Shown: positions 8,743 through 16,870 of the stretch, in pieces
How positions within the stretch are numbered: the first letter of the stretch is position 1
Layout: every line of letters begins with the position of its first letter
Assembly: GCA_934613415.1 (NCBI GenBank)
Contig: CAKTSY010000001.1
Coordinates: 150,001-182,000, forward strand
DNA from: an uncultured Opitutales bacterium
Lineage (GTDB): Bacteria; Verrucomicrobiota; Verrucomicrobiia; Opitutales; Intestinicryptomonadaceae
DNA length: 32,000 nt
Reading direction: 5' to 3'
Notes under the pieces: model-generated
The model's input: only the letters and a program-made list of their open reading frames with translations
Told to the model about the DNA's origin: nothing
The model's database searches: none
Program-made: the position numbers and the translations under genes

Positions 8743-9600
8743 ATGTCGTACCTAAAAACAACAATAACGTCTTCCCTAATAAAGAAGTTTGTAATGGCGC
8801 TTACGGGCTTTGTGCTTGTAGCGTTTTTGTTTATGCATATGCTGGGCAATTTGCAGACTTTTGAGGGAGAACCTAACGCAATTAACGCCTATGCAAACTT
8901 TTTGCAGACCTTGCCGTGGGAATTCCTTTGGGGTTTCCGTGCCGTAATGGCTCTTTGCATAGTATTACACCTTCTTATGGGCTATTTGCTTGTTTTGGAA
9001 AACAAGGCAGCCCGCCCGCAAAAATACGCGGTAAAGAAGTATTTGGCGGCATCGTTTGCGGCAAGAACAATGATTTATACGGGAACCGTTATAATCCTTT
9101 TTGTTGTTTTGCACTTAATGCACTTTACCCTTTTGAACATAGACCCTGTGTTTAAAAAGCTAGAATGGGTTGCAACTTCGGGTATGTACGAAGGCAAAAC
9201 CATTCACGACGTATACGCAATGCTTGTATACGGCTTTAGCTGCGACATTGTTTCGGGGCTGTACATAGTTGCGTTGGCTGCCATTGCATTCCACCTTTCG
9301 CATGCGGTTTCCAGCATGTTCCAGACAATCGGTTTTAGAAACGAAAAGGTTCGCTACATTCTCGACAAAATCGCCGTTCTCTACGCGGTTGTAATTTTCT
9401 TCGGCTTTGCCTCGAACCCCGCAGCCGTTTTGCTCAGCAAATACACCTGCGTTAACATCTTCCCCCAAAGCCAGATTGTAGAACAAATCAACGCCCAAAA
9501 GAACAACGACAAGATTTTCGTAAACTACAAGGGCATTGAATGTCAAAAATCGGCAAAAGCGGCACTTTGCGTAAAAAAAGCCGCCGAACAAGGCAAATAA
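8743..9600 (+). CDS. sdhC: Succinate dehydrogenase/fumarate reductase cytochrome b subunit (dihaem, 5-TM type B)
   Basis: Five hydrophobic helices with four candidate haem-ligand His contexts (FMHMLGN, LHLLMGY, LHLMHF, FHLSHA). It lies directly upstream of the flavoprotein and Fe-S subunits. The listed start at 8698 is TTG, so the ATG at 8743 is preferred. It has a hydrophilic C-terminal tail of about 53 aa. Confidence 0.88.
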   Translation: MSYLKTTITSSLIKKFVMALTGFVLVAFLFMHMLGNLQTFEGEPNAINAYANFLQTLPWEFLWGFRAVMALCIVLHLLMGYLLVLENKAARPQKYAVKKYLAASFAARTMIYTGTVIILFVVLHLMHFTLLNIDPVFKKLEWVATSGMYEGKTIHDVYAMLVYGFSCDIVSGLYIVALAAIAFHLSHAVSSMFQTIGFRNEKVRYILDKIAVLYAVVIFFGFASNPAAVLLSKYTCVNIFPQSQIVEQINAQKNNDKIFVNYKGIECQKSAKAALCVKKAAEQGK

Positions 9601-9629
9601 ACAACAACTTTAAAAGAATTTAAAAGATT

Positions 9630-11561
9630 ATGATGAATCTCGATCCAAAAATCCCCGAAGGGCCAATTTCGCAAAAGTGGTCGAACCACAAAGCGCACAT
9701 GAAGCTTGTTAACCCATCGAACCGCAGAAAGTACAACATTATTGTTGTAGGTACTGGTTTGGCGGGTGCTTCGGCGGCGGCAACTTTGGCCGAACAAGGC
9801 TACAATGTTTCGTGCTTTTGCTATCAAGACAGCCCAAGGCGCGCGCACTCTATTGCAGCTCAGGGCGGCATAAACGCGGCAAAGAACTACCAGAACGACG
9901 GCGACAGCATTTACAGGCTTTTCTACGACACTGTTAAAGGTGGCGACTTTCGCTCTCGCGAAGCCAACGTTTACCGCTTGGCAGAAGTTAGCAACAATAT
10001 TATAGACCAGTGTGTTGCCCAGGGCGTTCCCTTTGCAAGGGAATACGGCGGCTTGTTGGCAAACAGGTCTTTTGGCGGCGCACAGGTTAGCAGAACTTTC
10101 TATGCAAGAGGTCAAACAGGCCAGCAGCTTTTGTTGGGCGCATATTCTGCCCTTAACAAGCAGGTTGCCGCAAAGAAAATTAAGGTATATTCGCGCCACG
10201 AAATGCTCGACTTGGTTGTAGTAAACGGCCACGCAAAGGGCATTGTAACGCGCAATCTTTGCACGGGCGAAATCAAGGCATTTGCTGCCGACGCCGTATT
10301 GCTTTGCACAGGCGGCTACGGCAATGTATTCTACCTTTCAACAAATGCACAAGGCTGCAGCGTAACGGCTGCCTACCGTTGCTACAAGCGCGGAGCTGGT
10401 TTTGCAAACTTGTGCTTTACGCAAATTCACCCCACTTGCATTCCCCAGCACGGCGACCAGCAATCTAAGCTTACCCTTATGAGCGAATCGCTCAGAAACG
10501 ACGGCCGCGTTTGGGTGCCCAAGAATGCTGCAGACTGTGCAAAAGACCCGAACGAAATCCCCGAAGCCGACAGAGACTACTACTTGGAACGCAAATATCC
10601 TAGCTTTGGCAACTTGGCTCCCCGAGACATTTCGTCGAGGGCGGCAAAGGAAGCCTGCGACGATGGCAGAGGCGTTGGCCCCGCAGTTGGCGGTTCGCGC
10701 CGCGGCGTATATCTAGACTTTGCAACCGCAATTAAGCGCGACGGTCAAAAGACGATTTCCGACAAATACGGCAATCTTTTTGAAATGTACGAAAGAATTA
10801 CGGGCGAAGACGCATACAAGCGTCCTATGAGAATATATCCCGCCTCGCACTACACAATGGGCGGCTTGTGGGTAGACTACAACCTGCAAAGCACAATTCC
10901 CGGTCTTTTCGTATTGGGCGAAGCAAACTTCTCCGACCACGGCGCAAACCGCTTGGGAGCTTCCGCACTTATGCAGGGCTTGTCGGACGGCTACTTTGTT
11001 ATCCCCAACACCTTGCCCGACTATTTGGCAAGAGAAGGCGCGCAAAACCTTACGCCCGACGGCGAATCGTACAACGAAGCTATCGACAACGTTAAGTCGC
11101 AAATCTCCAAACTTATGGGAATTAAGGGTCAATACAGCCCCCGCCACTTCCATATGCAGCTCGGCAAAGTTATGTGGGAATACTGCGGTATGGCAAGAAA
11201 CGAAGCGGGGCTAAAAAAGGCTTTGGAATTGATTCCGCAAATCCGCGAAGACTTCTGGAAGAACGTAAGGGTTGTAGGCGACGCAAACAACATAAACAAC
11301 GAGCTTGAAAGAGCCGGCCGCGTTGCAGACTTCCTCGAATTTGCAGAAATCGTTTGCATGGACGCCCTCGAAAGAAGGGAATCGTGCGGCGCGCACTTCC
11401 GCGAAGAATATCAGGACGCCGAAGGCGAAGCAAAGCGCAACGATAAAGACTTCTCGCACGTTTCGGTTTGGGAATATCAAGGCCCGAACAAGAAACCCGT
11501 AATGCAAAAAGAAATCATTACCCACGACGAAGTAACACCCGTTGTACGTTCGTACAAATAA
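9630..11561 (+). CDS. sdhA: Succinate dehydrogenase/fumarate reductase flavoprotein subunit
   Basis: 643 aa with the FAD dinucleotide fold [12 protein letters not shown], the covalent-FAD His context [16 protein letters not shown], and [10 protein letters not shown] and [10 protein letters not shown] regions. Confidence 0.97.
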   Translation: MMNLDPKIPEGPISQKWSNHKAHMKLVNPSNRRKYNIIVVGTGLAGASAAATLAEQGYNVSCFCYQDSPRRAHSIAAQGGINAAKNYQNDGDSIYRLFYDTVKGGDFRSREANVYRLAEVSNNIIDQCVAQGVPFAREYGGLLANRSFGGAQVSRTFYARGQTGQQLLLGAYSALNKQVAAKKIKVYSRHEMLDLVVVNGHAKGIVTRNLCTGEIKAFAADAVLLCTGGYGNVFYLSTNAQGCSVTAAYRCYKRGAGFANLCFTQIHPTCIPQHGDQQSKLTLMSESLRNDGRVWVPKNAADCAKDPNEIPEADRDYYLERKYPSFGNLAPRDISSRAAKEACDDGRGVGPAVGGSRRGVYLDFATAIKRDGQKTISDKYGNLFEMYERITGEDAYKRPMRIYPASHYTMGGLWVDYNLQSTIPGLFVLGEANFSDHGANRLGASALMQGLSDGYFVIPNTLPDYLAREGAQNLTPDGESYNEAIDNVKSQISKLMGIKGQYSPRHFHMQLGKVMWEYCGMARNEAGLKKALELIPQIREDFWKNVRVVGDANNINNELERAGRVADFLEFAEIVCMDALERRESCGAHFREEYQDAEGEAKRNDKDFSHVSVWEYQGPNKKPVMQKEIITHDEVTPVVRSYK

Positions 11562-11581
11562 TATAACAGGAGACAGATTTT

Positions 11582-12337
11582 ATGAAAATCAATTTAAAAG
11601 TTTGGAGACAAAACAAACCCAACGAAAAGGGACATTTTGAAATGTATTCGCTAGACAACATCAGCGAAGACAGCTCGTTCCTTGAAATGATGGACATTCT
11701 TAACGAAAAGCTCGTTGCAGAAGGCAAAGACACAATCGCTTTCGACCACGACTGCCGCGAAGGCATTTGCGGTATGTGCTCGATGACAATTAACGGTATT
11801 CCGCACGGCCCCGAACGCAAAACAACCGTTTGCCAGTTGCATATGCGCAAATTTAACGACGGCGACACGATTGTTGTAGAACCTTGGAGAGCCGGCAACT
11901 TCCCCGTTAAGAAAGACTTGATTGTTAGCCGCGACGCTTTCGAAGTTATACAACAAGCAGGCGGTTATATCTCGATTAGAACGGGTGCCCCCCAAGACGC
12001 AAACGCAGTTCTTATTTCCAAACAAATTGCAGACAAGGCTATGGACGCCGCTGCTTGCATAGGTTGCGGCGCATGCGTTGCGGCCTGCCCCAACGCTTCG
12101 GCTATGTTGTTTACTTCGGCAAAGGTTACCCAGCTTAACCTATTGCCGCAGGGCGCACCCGAAAAGGACAAGCGCACAATAGCAATGGTAGAAACCATGA
12201 ACGCATTGGGCTTTGGCAACTGCACAAACTACGGCGAATGTCAGGCGGTTTGCCCAAAGGGAATTACTTTGGACAACATCGCAAAGATGAACCGCGACTA
12301 TGCCGCTGCAAAAGCGCGTCAGGCTTTGTGCGACTAA
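11582..12337 (+). CDS. sdhB: Succinate dehydrogenase/fumarate reductase iron-sulfur subunit
   Basis: 251 aa. 2Fe-2S cluster: CREGICGMC...C. 4Fe-4S cluster: [12 protein letters not shown]. Third cluster: [17 protein letters not shown] lies about 8 nt upstream of the ATG. Confidence 0.96.
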   Translation: MKINLKVWRQNKPNEKGHFEMYSLDNISEDSSFLEMMDILNEKLVAEGKDTIAFDHDCREGICGMCSMTINGIPHGPERKTTVCQLHMRKFNDGDTIVVEPWRAGNFPVKKDLIVSRDAFEVIQQAGGYISIRTGAPQDANAVLISKQIADKAMDAAACIGCGACVAACPNASAMLFTSAKVTQLNLLPQGAPEKDKRTIAMVETMNALGFGNCTNYGECQAVCPKGITLDNIAKMNRDYAAAKARQALCD

Positions 12338-12361
12338 TTTTTAATTAAACAAAACACATTT

Positions 12362-12394
12362 GCGGCTTGGTTTTTTGCCAAGCCGCTTTTTTTT
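12362..12394 (+). terminator. Rho-independent terminator after sdhB
   Basis: GCGGCTTGG (12362-12370) pairs with CCAAGCCGC (12378-12386), followed by a T8 run. Confidence 0.85.
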
Positions 12395-12869
12395 GCGCTT
12401 ATTTTTTGCTTATGTTAAAAATCAAAAAACTCTGCCCAAAGGCATTGCAAAAGCTAAACAAACTAAAAAATTAGCCACCAATTAACCGCAGTTTTTAAGC
12501 CCTAAAAAAATTTTAACAAAAACAAAGAATATTTTTTATATAAAAAAGTTTTTTAGCATAATAAAACAAAATCTTAAGCTAAAAATTACAACAAAACACA
12601 CAAGAAAACGCGCATAATCTATTTTTAGTTAAACAAAAAACTCTACATTTTTTTAAACCACATATAATCACCTAAAACGGCGCATTTTTTTTAAAATTGC
12701 AGTCTAAAATATTGACTTTAAAATAAATGAAACATAGATTTTTAGCGTTTTTTTAGAATTACGAGCCTTTGTGCAAAAAAAATATGCACTATCTCCCGCT
12801 TTTCCTTAAAAACAAAGGACAAAAGCCCTTTCCCAAACATAGCTAAAAACTTTTAATATAAAACAAAAA
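12395..12869. other. AT-rich, A/T-tract-dense, ORF-free intergenic spacer (~475 bp)
   Basis: No ORF of 60 aa or more on either strand. It is visibly much more A+T-rich than the flanking genes, with many A5-8/T5-8 tracts. It lies between the sdhB terminator and the decarboxylase operon. Confidence 0.9.
12712..12740 (+). promoter_or_regulatory. Candidate promoter for the decarboxylase operon (TTGACT-17 nt-TAGATT)
   Basis: TTGACT at 12712-12717, an exactly 17-nt spacer, then TAGATT at 12735-12740, about 130 nt upstream of the ATG at 12870. The same TTGACT-17-TAG(A/G)TT architecture recurs upstream of the GH42-like gene. Confidence 0.3.
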
Positions 12870-13178
12870 ATGTTTACATTAGCCGCCCTACTTCCACTTA
12901 AACCGACAATACTGCAAACCTGCAACTATATGTTGTTGGGCTTTTGCGTTGTTTGCATAATTCTATATCTGCTCTCGACTGTTACAAACATTCTGGGCTT
13001 TTTCTTTAAAAAGTTTGTAAAAGAGCAGCCCGCAAAGCCCATAGCTGCCCCCCAAACAAACAACAACGCCGTTGGCGGCAAATTGGCTGCAGTAGTTGCG
13101 GCAGCAGTATATGTTGCAACAAACGGCGCAAAGTGCGAAATCCGCTCTATAACCCCTTCCGACAAATCTTCAAAATAA
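12870..13178 (+). CDS. OadG-like small membrane subunit of Na+-translocating decarboxylase
   Basis: 102 aa with one strong TM helix (LLGFCVVCIILYLLSTV), a P/A/Q linker, and a C-terminal LAAVVAAAVYVATNGAKCEIRSI that resembles the OadG-family tail (AAI.AA......G). It lies 12 nt upstream of the biotin carrier. An alternative start is the ATG at 12930. Confidence 0.7.
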   Translation: MFTLAALLPLKPTILQTCNYMLLGFCVVCIILYLLSTVTNILGFFFKKFVKEQPAKPIAAPQTNNNAVGGKLAAVVAAAVYVATNGAKCEIRSITPSDKSSK

Positions 13179-13190
13179 AGGCATTTAAAA

Positions 13191-13541
13191 ATGAATAAGA
13201 AATTAAAAATCACAGTAGACGGCGTATCCTACAACGTAGAGATTGAAGTTTTAGACTCTAACGCACAAGTTGCGGCAGCTCCCGCACAAGTGGCTCAACA
13301 ACAGGCTCCCCAAGCAGCTCCTTCGGGCGACGGCGCAGTATTAAGCCCCCTTTCGGCTGTTGTTGTTTCGGTAGACGTTTCGGCAGGTCAAAGCGTAAAG
13401 GAAGGCGACAAGCTCTTTACTTTGGAAGCAATGAAAATGAATACCTTTGTTTTTGCCCCCAAGTCGGGCACGGTTTCGCAAATTTTGGTAAGCAAAGGCG
13501 AAAATATTACCGAAGGACAACCTTTGGCAAACATTCAATAG
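13191..13541 (+). CDS. Biotin carboxyl carrier subunit (biotinyl domain protein, MmdC/OadA-C-terminal type)
   Basis: 116 aa with an A/P/Q-rich linker, then a biotinyl domain carrying the canonical EAMKM (LFTLEAMKMNTFVFAPKSGTV...GQPLANI). Confidence 0.93.
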   Translation: MNKKLKITVDGVSYNVEIEVLDSNAQVAAAPAQVAQQQAPQAAPSGDGAVLSPLSAVVVSVDVSAGQSVKEGDKLFTLEAMKMNTFVFAPKSGTVSQILVSKGENITEGQPLANIQ

Positions 13542-13553
13542 CAGAGGTTTTTT

Positions 13554-15140
13554 ATGTTAAACGACTTGATGAACCTAATATGGGACTCCGGTCTATTTTA
13601 TATAGACTGGCGTATGATTACCATGTGGGTTGTAGTTGGGGTTTTGTTTTATTTGGCGGTTAAACACCAATTCGAGCCCCTGCTTTTAATACCTATTGCC
13701 TTTGGCGCATTATTGGCAAACCTGCCCACAAACGGCGTTGTAAACAAACCCGCGGGCGAAATTATTGCCCCCGACAACGGTACTGTTGCGGCGGTTTTTG
13801 CAAAAGAAGGGCAAAAACTACATTTGCCCCGCGTTTTAAAAGACCAGCCCGATGCCTTTTGGCGCATTGTTAAACTTAACGACAACGGCGAACCCGTTAA
13901 CGCGCAAAAAGACATTCAAAGCTTTTTAGACAACGTTCAATCGGCAACAAAAACCGAGTTTAGCTCGGATTTAGACAAGGCCGAAACAAAGGCAAAGGGT
14001 GTTCCAAATTTGTTGGCAATTGTGCGCCCTTCCGAAAAGTCCGACTTTGCTTGGCGCGACAGCATTGTAACCGTTAAATTTAACGGTAGCGACATTGCAG
14101 TAAGGCCTTCCGACGAGCTTGTTTGGGCAAACTCTTCGGGAACCGTTATAGACGTCAATGTTGCCGCAGGCCAAAGCGTTTTAAAAGGCCAGCCTTTAAT
14201 GAAGGCTTATGCCGCGCACACAGGCGGTTTGTACTACTACATTCAATGGGGCGTTTTGTTGGAATTGTTCCCGCCAATCATCTTCTTGGGCGTTGGTGCT
14301 TTAACCGACTTTGGACCTTTAATTGCAAACCCCAAAACTTTGTTGTTGGGTGCAGCTGCCCAGTTTGGCGTGTTCTTTACAATGTTCGGCGCAATTTGCC
14401 TTGGCTTTAATTGCATGGAAGCTGCCTCTATAGGTATCATTGGCGGTGCCGACGGCCCGACTTCGATATTCCTTTCTAACAAGCTTGCCCCGCACCTAAT
14501 GGCACCCATTGCGGTTGCGGCCTACAGCTATATGGCGCTTGTTCCGATAATACAGCCGCCCATTATGCGCCTGCTTACAACAAAGGCGGAACGCAAGATA
14601 AGAATGAAAAGCCTGCGCAAAGTTTCGCGCCTTGAAAAGCTTGTTTTTGCGATTATTGTTTCGGCTTTCTGCATAATTTTAATTCCCGATGCCTCGGCTC
14701 TTATTGGTATGCTTATGTTGGGCAACTTTTTAAGGGAATCGGGCGTTTGCGAACGCTTGAACAAAGCGGCTCAAAACGAAATCATAAACATTGTAACAAT
14801 ATTTTTGGGAACTTCGGTTGGTATTACAATGACTGGCGACAAATTCCTCCGCGCAGAAACATTGTCTATTCTCTTCCTTGGCGTTGTTGCCTTTATGATA
14901 TCTACTGCCGCCGGCGTGCTTATGGCAAAGGTTATGAACTTGTTTAGCAAAGACAAGATTAACCCGCTTATCGGTTCGGCAGGCGTTTCGGCAGTTCCAA
15001 TGGCAGCTCGTGTTTCACATATTGAAGGCCAAAAGGCAGATCCCAGCAACTTCTTGCTTATGCACGCAATGGGCCCGAATGTGGCCGGCGTTATAGGCAC
15101 TGCTGTTGTAGCTGGCTTCTTTATTGCAACGCTAATGTAG
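13554..15140 (+). CDS. Sodium ion-translocating decarboxylase beta subunit (OadB/MmdB/GcdB family) with a large internal insertion
   Basis: Family-typical blocks are present: FEPLLLIPIAFG, GVGALTDFGPL, LLLGAAAQFG, GIIGGADGPT, AYSYMALVPIIQPPIM, NPLIGSAGVSAVPMAARV and LLMHAMGPNVAGVIG. At 528 aa it is longer than canonical members because of a hydrophilic insert at residues 61-220. Confidence 0.95.
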   Translation: MLNDLMNLIWDSGLFYIDWRMITMWVVVGVLFYLAVKHQFEPLLLIPIAFGALLANLPTNGVVNKPAGEIIAPDNGTVAAVFAKEGQKLHLPRVLKDQPDAFWRIVKLNDNGEPVNAQKDIQSFLDNVQSATKTEFSSDLDKAETKAKGVPNLLAIVRPSEKSDFAWRDSIVTVKFNGSDIAVRPSDELVWANSSGTVIDVNVAAGQSVLKGQPLMKAYAAHTGGLYYYIQWGVLLELFPPIIFLGVGALTDFGPLIANPKTLLLGAAAQFGVFFTMFGAICLGFNCMEAASIGIIGGADGPTSIFLSNKLAPHLMAPIAVAAYSYMALVPIIQPPIMRLLTTKAERKIRMKSLRKVSRLEKLVFAIIVSAFCIILIPDASALIGMLMLGNFLRESGVCERLNKAAQNEIINIVTIFLGTSVGITMTGDKFLRAETLSILFLGVVAFMISTAAGVLMAKVMNLFSKDKINPLIGSAGVSAVPMAARVSHIEGQKADPSNFLLMHAMGPNVAGVIGTAVVAGFFIATLM

Positions 15141-15159
15141 TAAATATAAAATCTTTACC

Positions 15160-15188
15160 AAGGGGCAAATATTAAAAGTTTGCCCCTT
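15160..15188 (+). terminator. Hairpin after the beta-subunit gene (weak or partial terminator)
   Basis: AAGGGGCAAA (15160-15169) pairs with TTTGCCCCTT (15179-15188). There is no clean T-run after it (AATTCAT), so termination efficiency is uncertain. Confidence 0.4.
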
Positions 15189-15237
15189 AATTCATATATA
15201 AACACAATTTTTAAACAAATAAAATTCAACAAATAAA

Positions 15238-16719
15238 ATGAATTACCCAATACTAACAGCACAAGAGGCTGCAAGCCTTATCAACAACCAAGACCAAGTT
15301 TGCGTAAGCGGTTTTACGCCGGCTGGCTCTCTTAAAGCGGTACCCGCAGCCATAGCCGAAAAGGCAAAGGCAGAACACGCTGCAGGCAGACCATTTAAAA
15401 TCAACCTATACAGTGGCGCATCTACAGGTCCTTCGTGCGACGGCGTTTTGGCTCAGGCCGACGCAATTAATTTCCGCGCCCCCTACCAGACAAACAAAGA
15501 CCTGCGCGAAAGAATTAATGCAGGCACCGTAAAGTATGTTGATATGAACCTTTCGGTTTTGGCGCAGGAAATGCGCTACGGATTTTACGGCAAATTCAAC
15601 TGGGCAATAGTTGAGGCTTGCGATGTAAGCGACGACGGCGAGATTGTGCTTACAACATCGGTCGGCATTGCCCCCACCGCCCTGCATTTGGCGGAAAAAA
15701 TCATTATTGAATTGAACGAATACCACCCCGCCGCTTTAAGGGGCATTCACGACATTATAGAAATGGACAACCCGCCCTTCAGAAAATCCATCCCGATTTT
15801 CAAGGTATCCGACAGGGGCGGCTCGCAAACCGTTAAGGTAGACCCAAAAAAGATTGTCGGCATTGTAAAGACAAACAGCCACGACGAAGTTGCCGGCTTT
15901 AAGCCTTCAGATCCAATCACTCACAAAATCGGCGAAAACGTTGCAAACTTCTTTGCAGCCGAAATGAGAGCGGGCAGAATTCCCAACACATTCCTTCCAT
16001 TGCAAAGCGGCGTTGGCAACATTGCAAACGCAGTGCTAAAGGCTATGGGCGAACACCCCGAAATTCCCGCCTTTACAATGTATTCGGAAGTTGCCCAAGA
16101 CTCGGTTATAGACTTGGTAGACGAAGGCAGAATCAACTTTGTTTCGGCAACATCGCTTACAATTACACCCGACAAATTGCAGAAAGTATATTCGAATCTC
16201 GACTACTACAAGAGCAAGATTGTTCTAAGACCTCAGGAAATTTCGAACAACCCCGAAGTTTCGAGGCGCATAGGCATTATCTCGATTAACACCGCAATAG
16301 AAGCAGACTTGTTCGGCAATGTAAACAGCACCCACATTATGGGTCAAAAGATGATGAATGGTATAGGCGGCTCGGCAGACTTTACAAGCTCGGGGTACTT
16401 ATCCATCTTTACAACTCCTTCGTTGGCAAAGGGCGGTTTAATTAGCTCGTTTGTTCCAATGTGCTCGCACGTTGACCACACCGAACACACCGTAAAGATT
16501 TTGGTTTCGGAATACGGCGTTGCCGACTTGCGCGGCAAAACACCTATGGAAAGAGCGCAACTGATAATCGAAAACGTTGCAGCCCCCGAATACAGAGACT
16601 TGCTAAGAAAATACTTAGCCTCGGTAAAGCACGGGCACACCCCGCAAACTCTTGCAAAGGCCTATGCTTTCCACGAAGCTTTTGTAAATTGCGGCGATAT
16701 GCACAAAGCTGAATTCTAA
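15238..16719 (+). CDS. Acetyl-CoA hydrolase/transferase-family succinate CoA-transferase (ScpC/Cat1/AarC-like; propionyl- or acetyl-CoA:succinate)
   Basis: 493 aa. The N-terminus (A.LI.....V.VSGFTPAG..KAVP.A...) and overall length fit the ScpC/Cat1 class of family I-like CoA-transferases. The acyl specificity cannot be read from the sequence. Confidence 0.88.
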   Translation: MNYPILTAQEAASLINNQDQVCVSGFTPAGSLKAVPAAIAEKAKAEHAAGRPFKINLYSGASTGPSCDGVLAQADAINFRAPYQTNKDLRERINAGTVKYVDMNLSVLAQEMRYGFYGKFNWAIVEACDVSDDGEIVLTTSVGIAPTALHLAEKIIIELNEYHPAALRGIHDIIEMDNPPFRKSIPIFKVSDRGGSQTVKVDPKKIVGIVKTNSHDEVAGFKPSDPITHKIGENVANFFAAEMRAGRIPNTFLPLQSGVGNIANAVLKAMGEHPEIPAFTMYSEVAQDSVIDLVDEGRINFVSATSLTITPDKLQKVYSNLDYYKSKIVLRPQEISNNPEVSRRIGIISINTAIEADLFGNVNSTHIMGQKMMNGIGGSADFTSSGYLSIFTTPSLAKGGLISSFVPMCSHVDHTEHTVKILVSEYGVADLRGKTPMERAQLIIENVAAPEYRDLLRKYLASVKHGHTPQTLAKAYAFHEAFVNCGDMHKAEF

Positions 16720-16744
16720 TTTATAAAACACCTAAAAACAAAAA

Positions 16745-16779
16745 ACTCCGAAAGCGAAAAAACTTTCGGAGTTTTTTTA
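16745..16779 (+). terminator. Rho-independent terminator after the CoA-transferase gene
   Basis: ACTCCGAAAG (16745-16754) pairs with CTTTCGGAGT (16763-16772), followed by a T7 run. Confidence 0.85.
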
Positions 16780-16800
16780 TGCAAACACGCAAAAATTGTT

Positions 16801-16829
16801 ATAAAAAAATGCGCAAAAATTTTTGCGCA
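16801..16829 (-). terminator. Rho-independent terminator after the olsF-like gene (minus strand)
   Basis: Perfect 20-nt palindrome TGCGCAAAAATTTTTGCGCA (16810-16829). On the minus strand it is followed by ATTTTTTTAT. Confidence 0.7.
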
Positions 16830-16870
16830 CACTTGGCATAAAAGCCTACCAGCTACAAAGGGCTTAATTG

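Noticed and set aside
12412-12474. Tiny ORFs in the AT-rich spacer: 20 codons MLKIKKLCPKALQKLNKLKN; also about 9 codons from 12728 and about 20 codons from 12783.
   Set aside because: They have no SD and no conservation evidence, and their composition simply mirrors the A-rich DNA. I cannot support them as leader peptides or small proteins from sequence alone.
16810-16829. Perfect 20-nt palindrome TGCGCAAAAATTTTTGCGCA considered as a possible operator site.
   Set aside because: It sits immediately after the olsF stop and is followed by a T-run on the minus strand. The simplest reading is an intrinsic terminator paired with the convergent terminator at 16745-16779.
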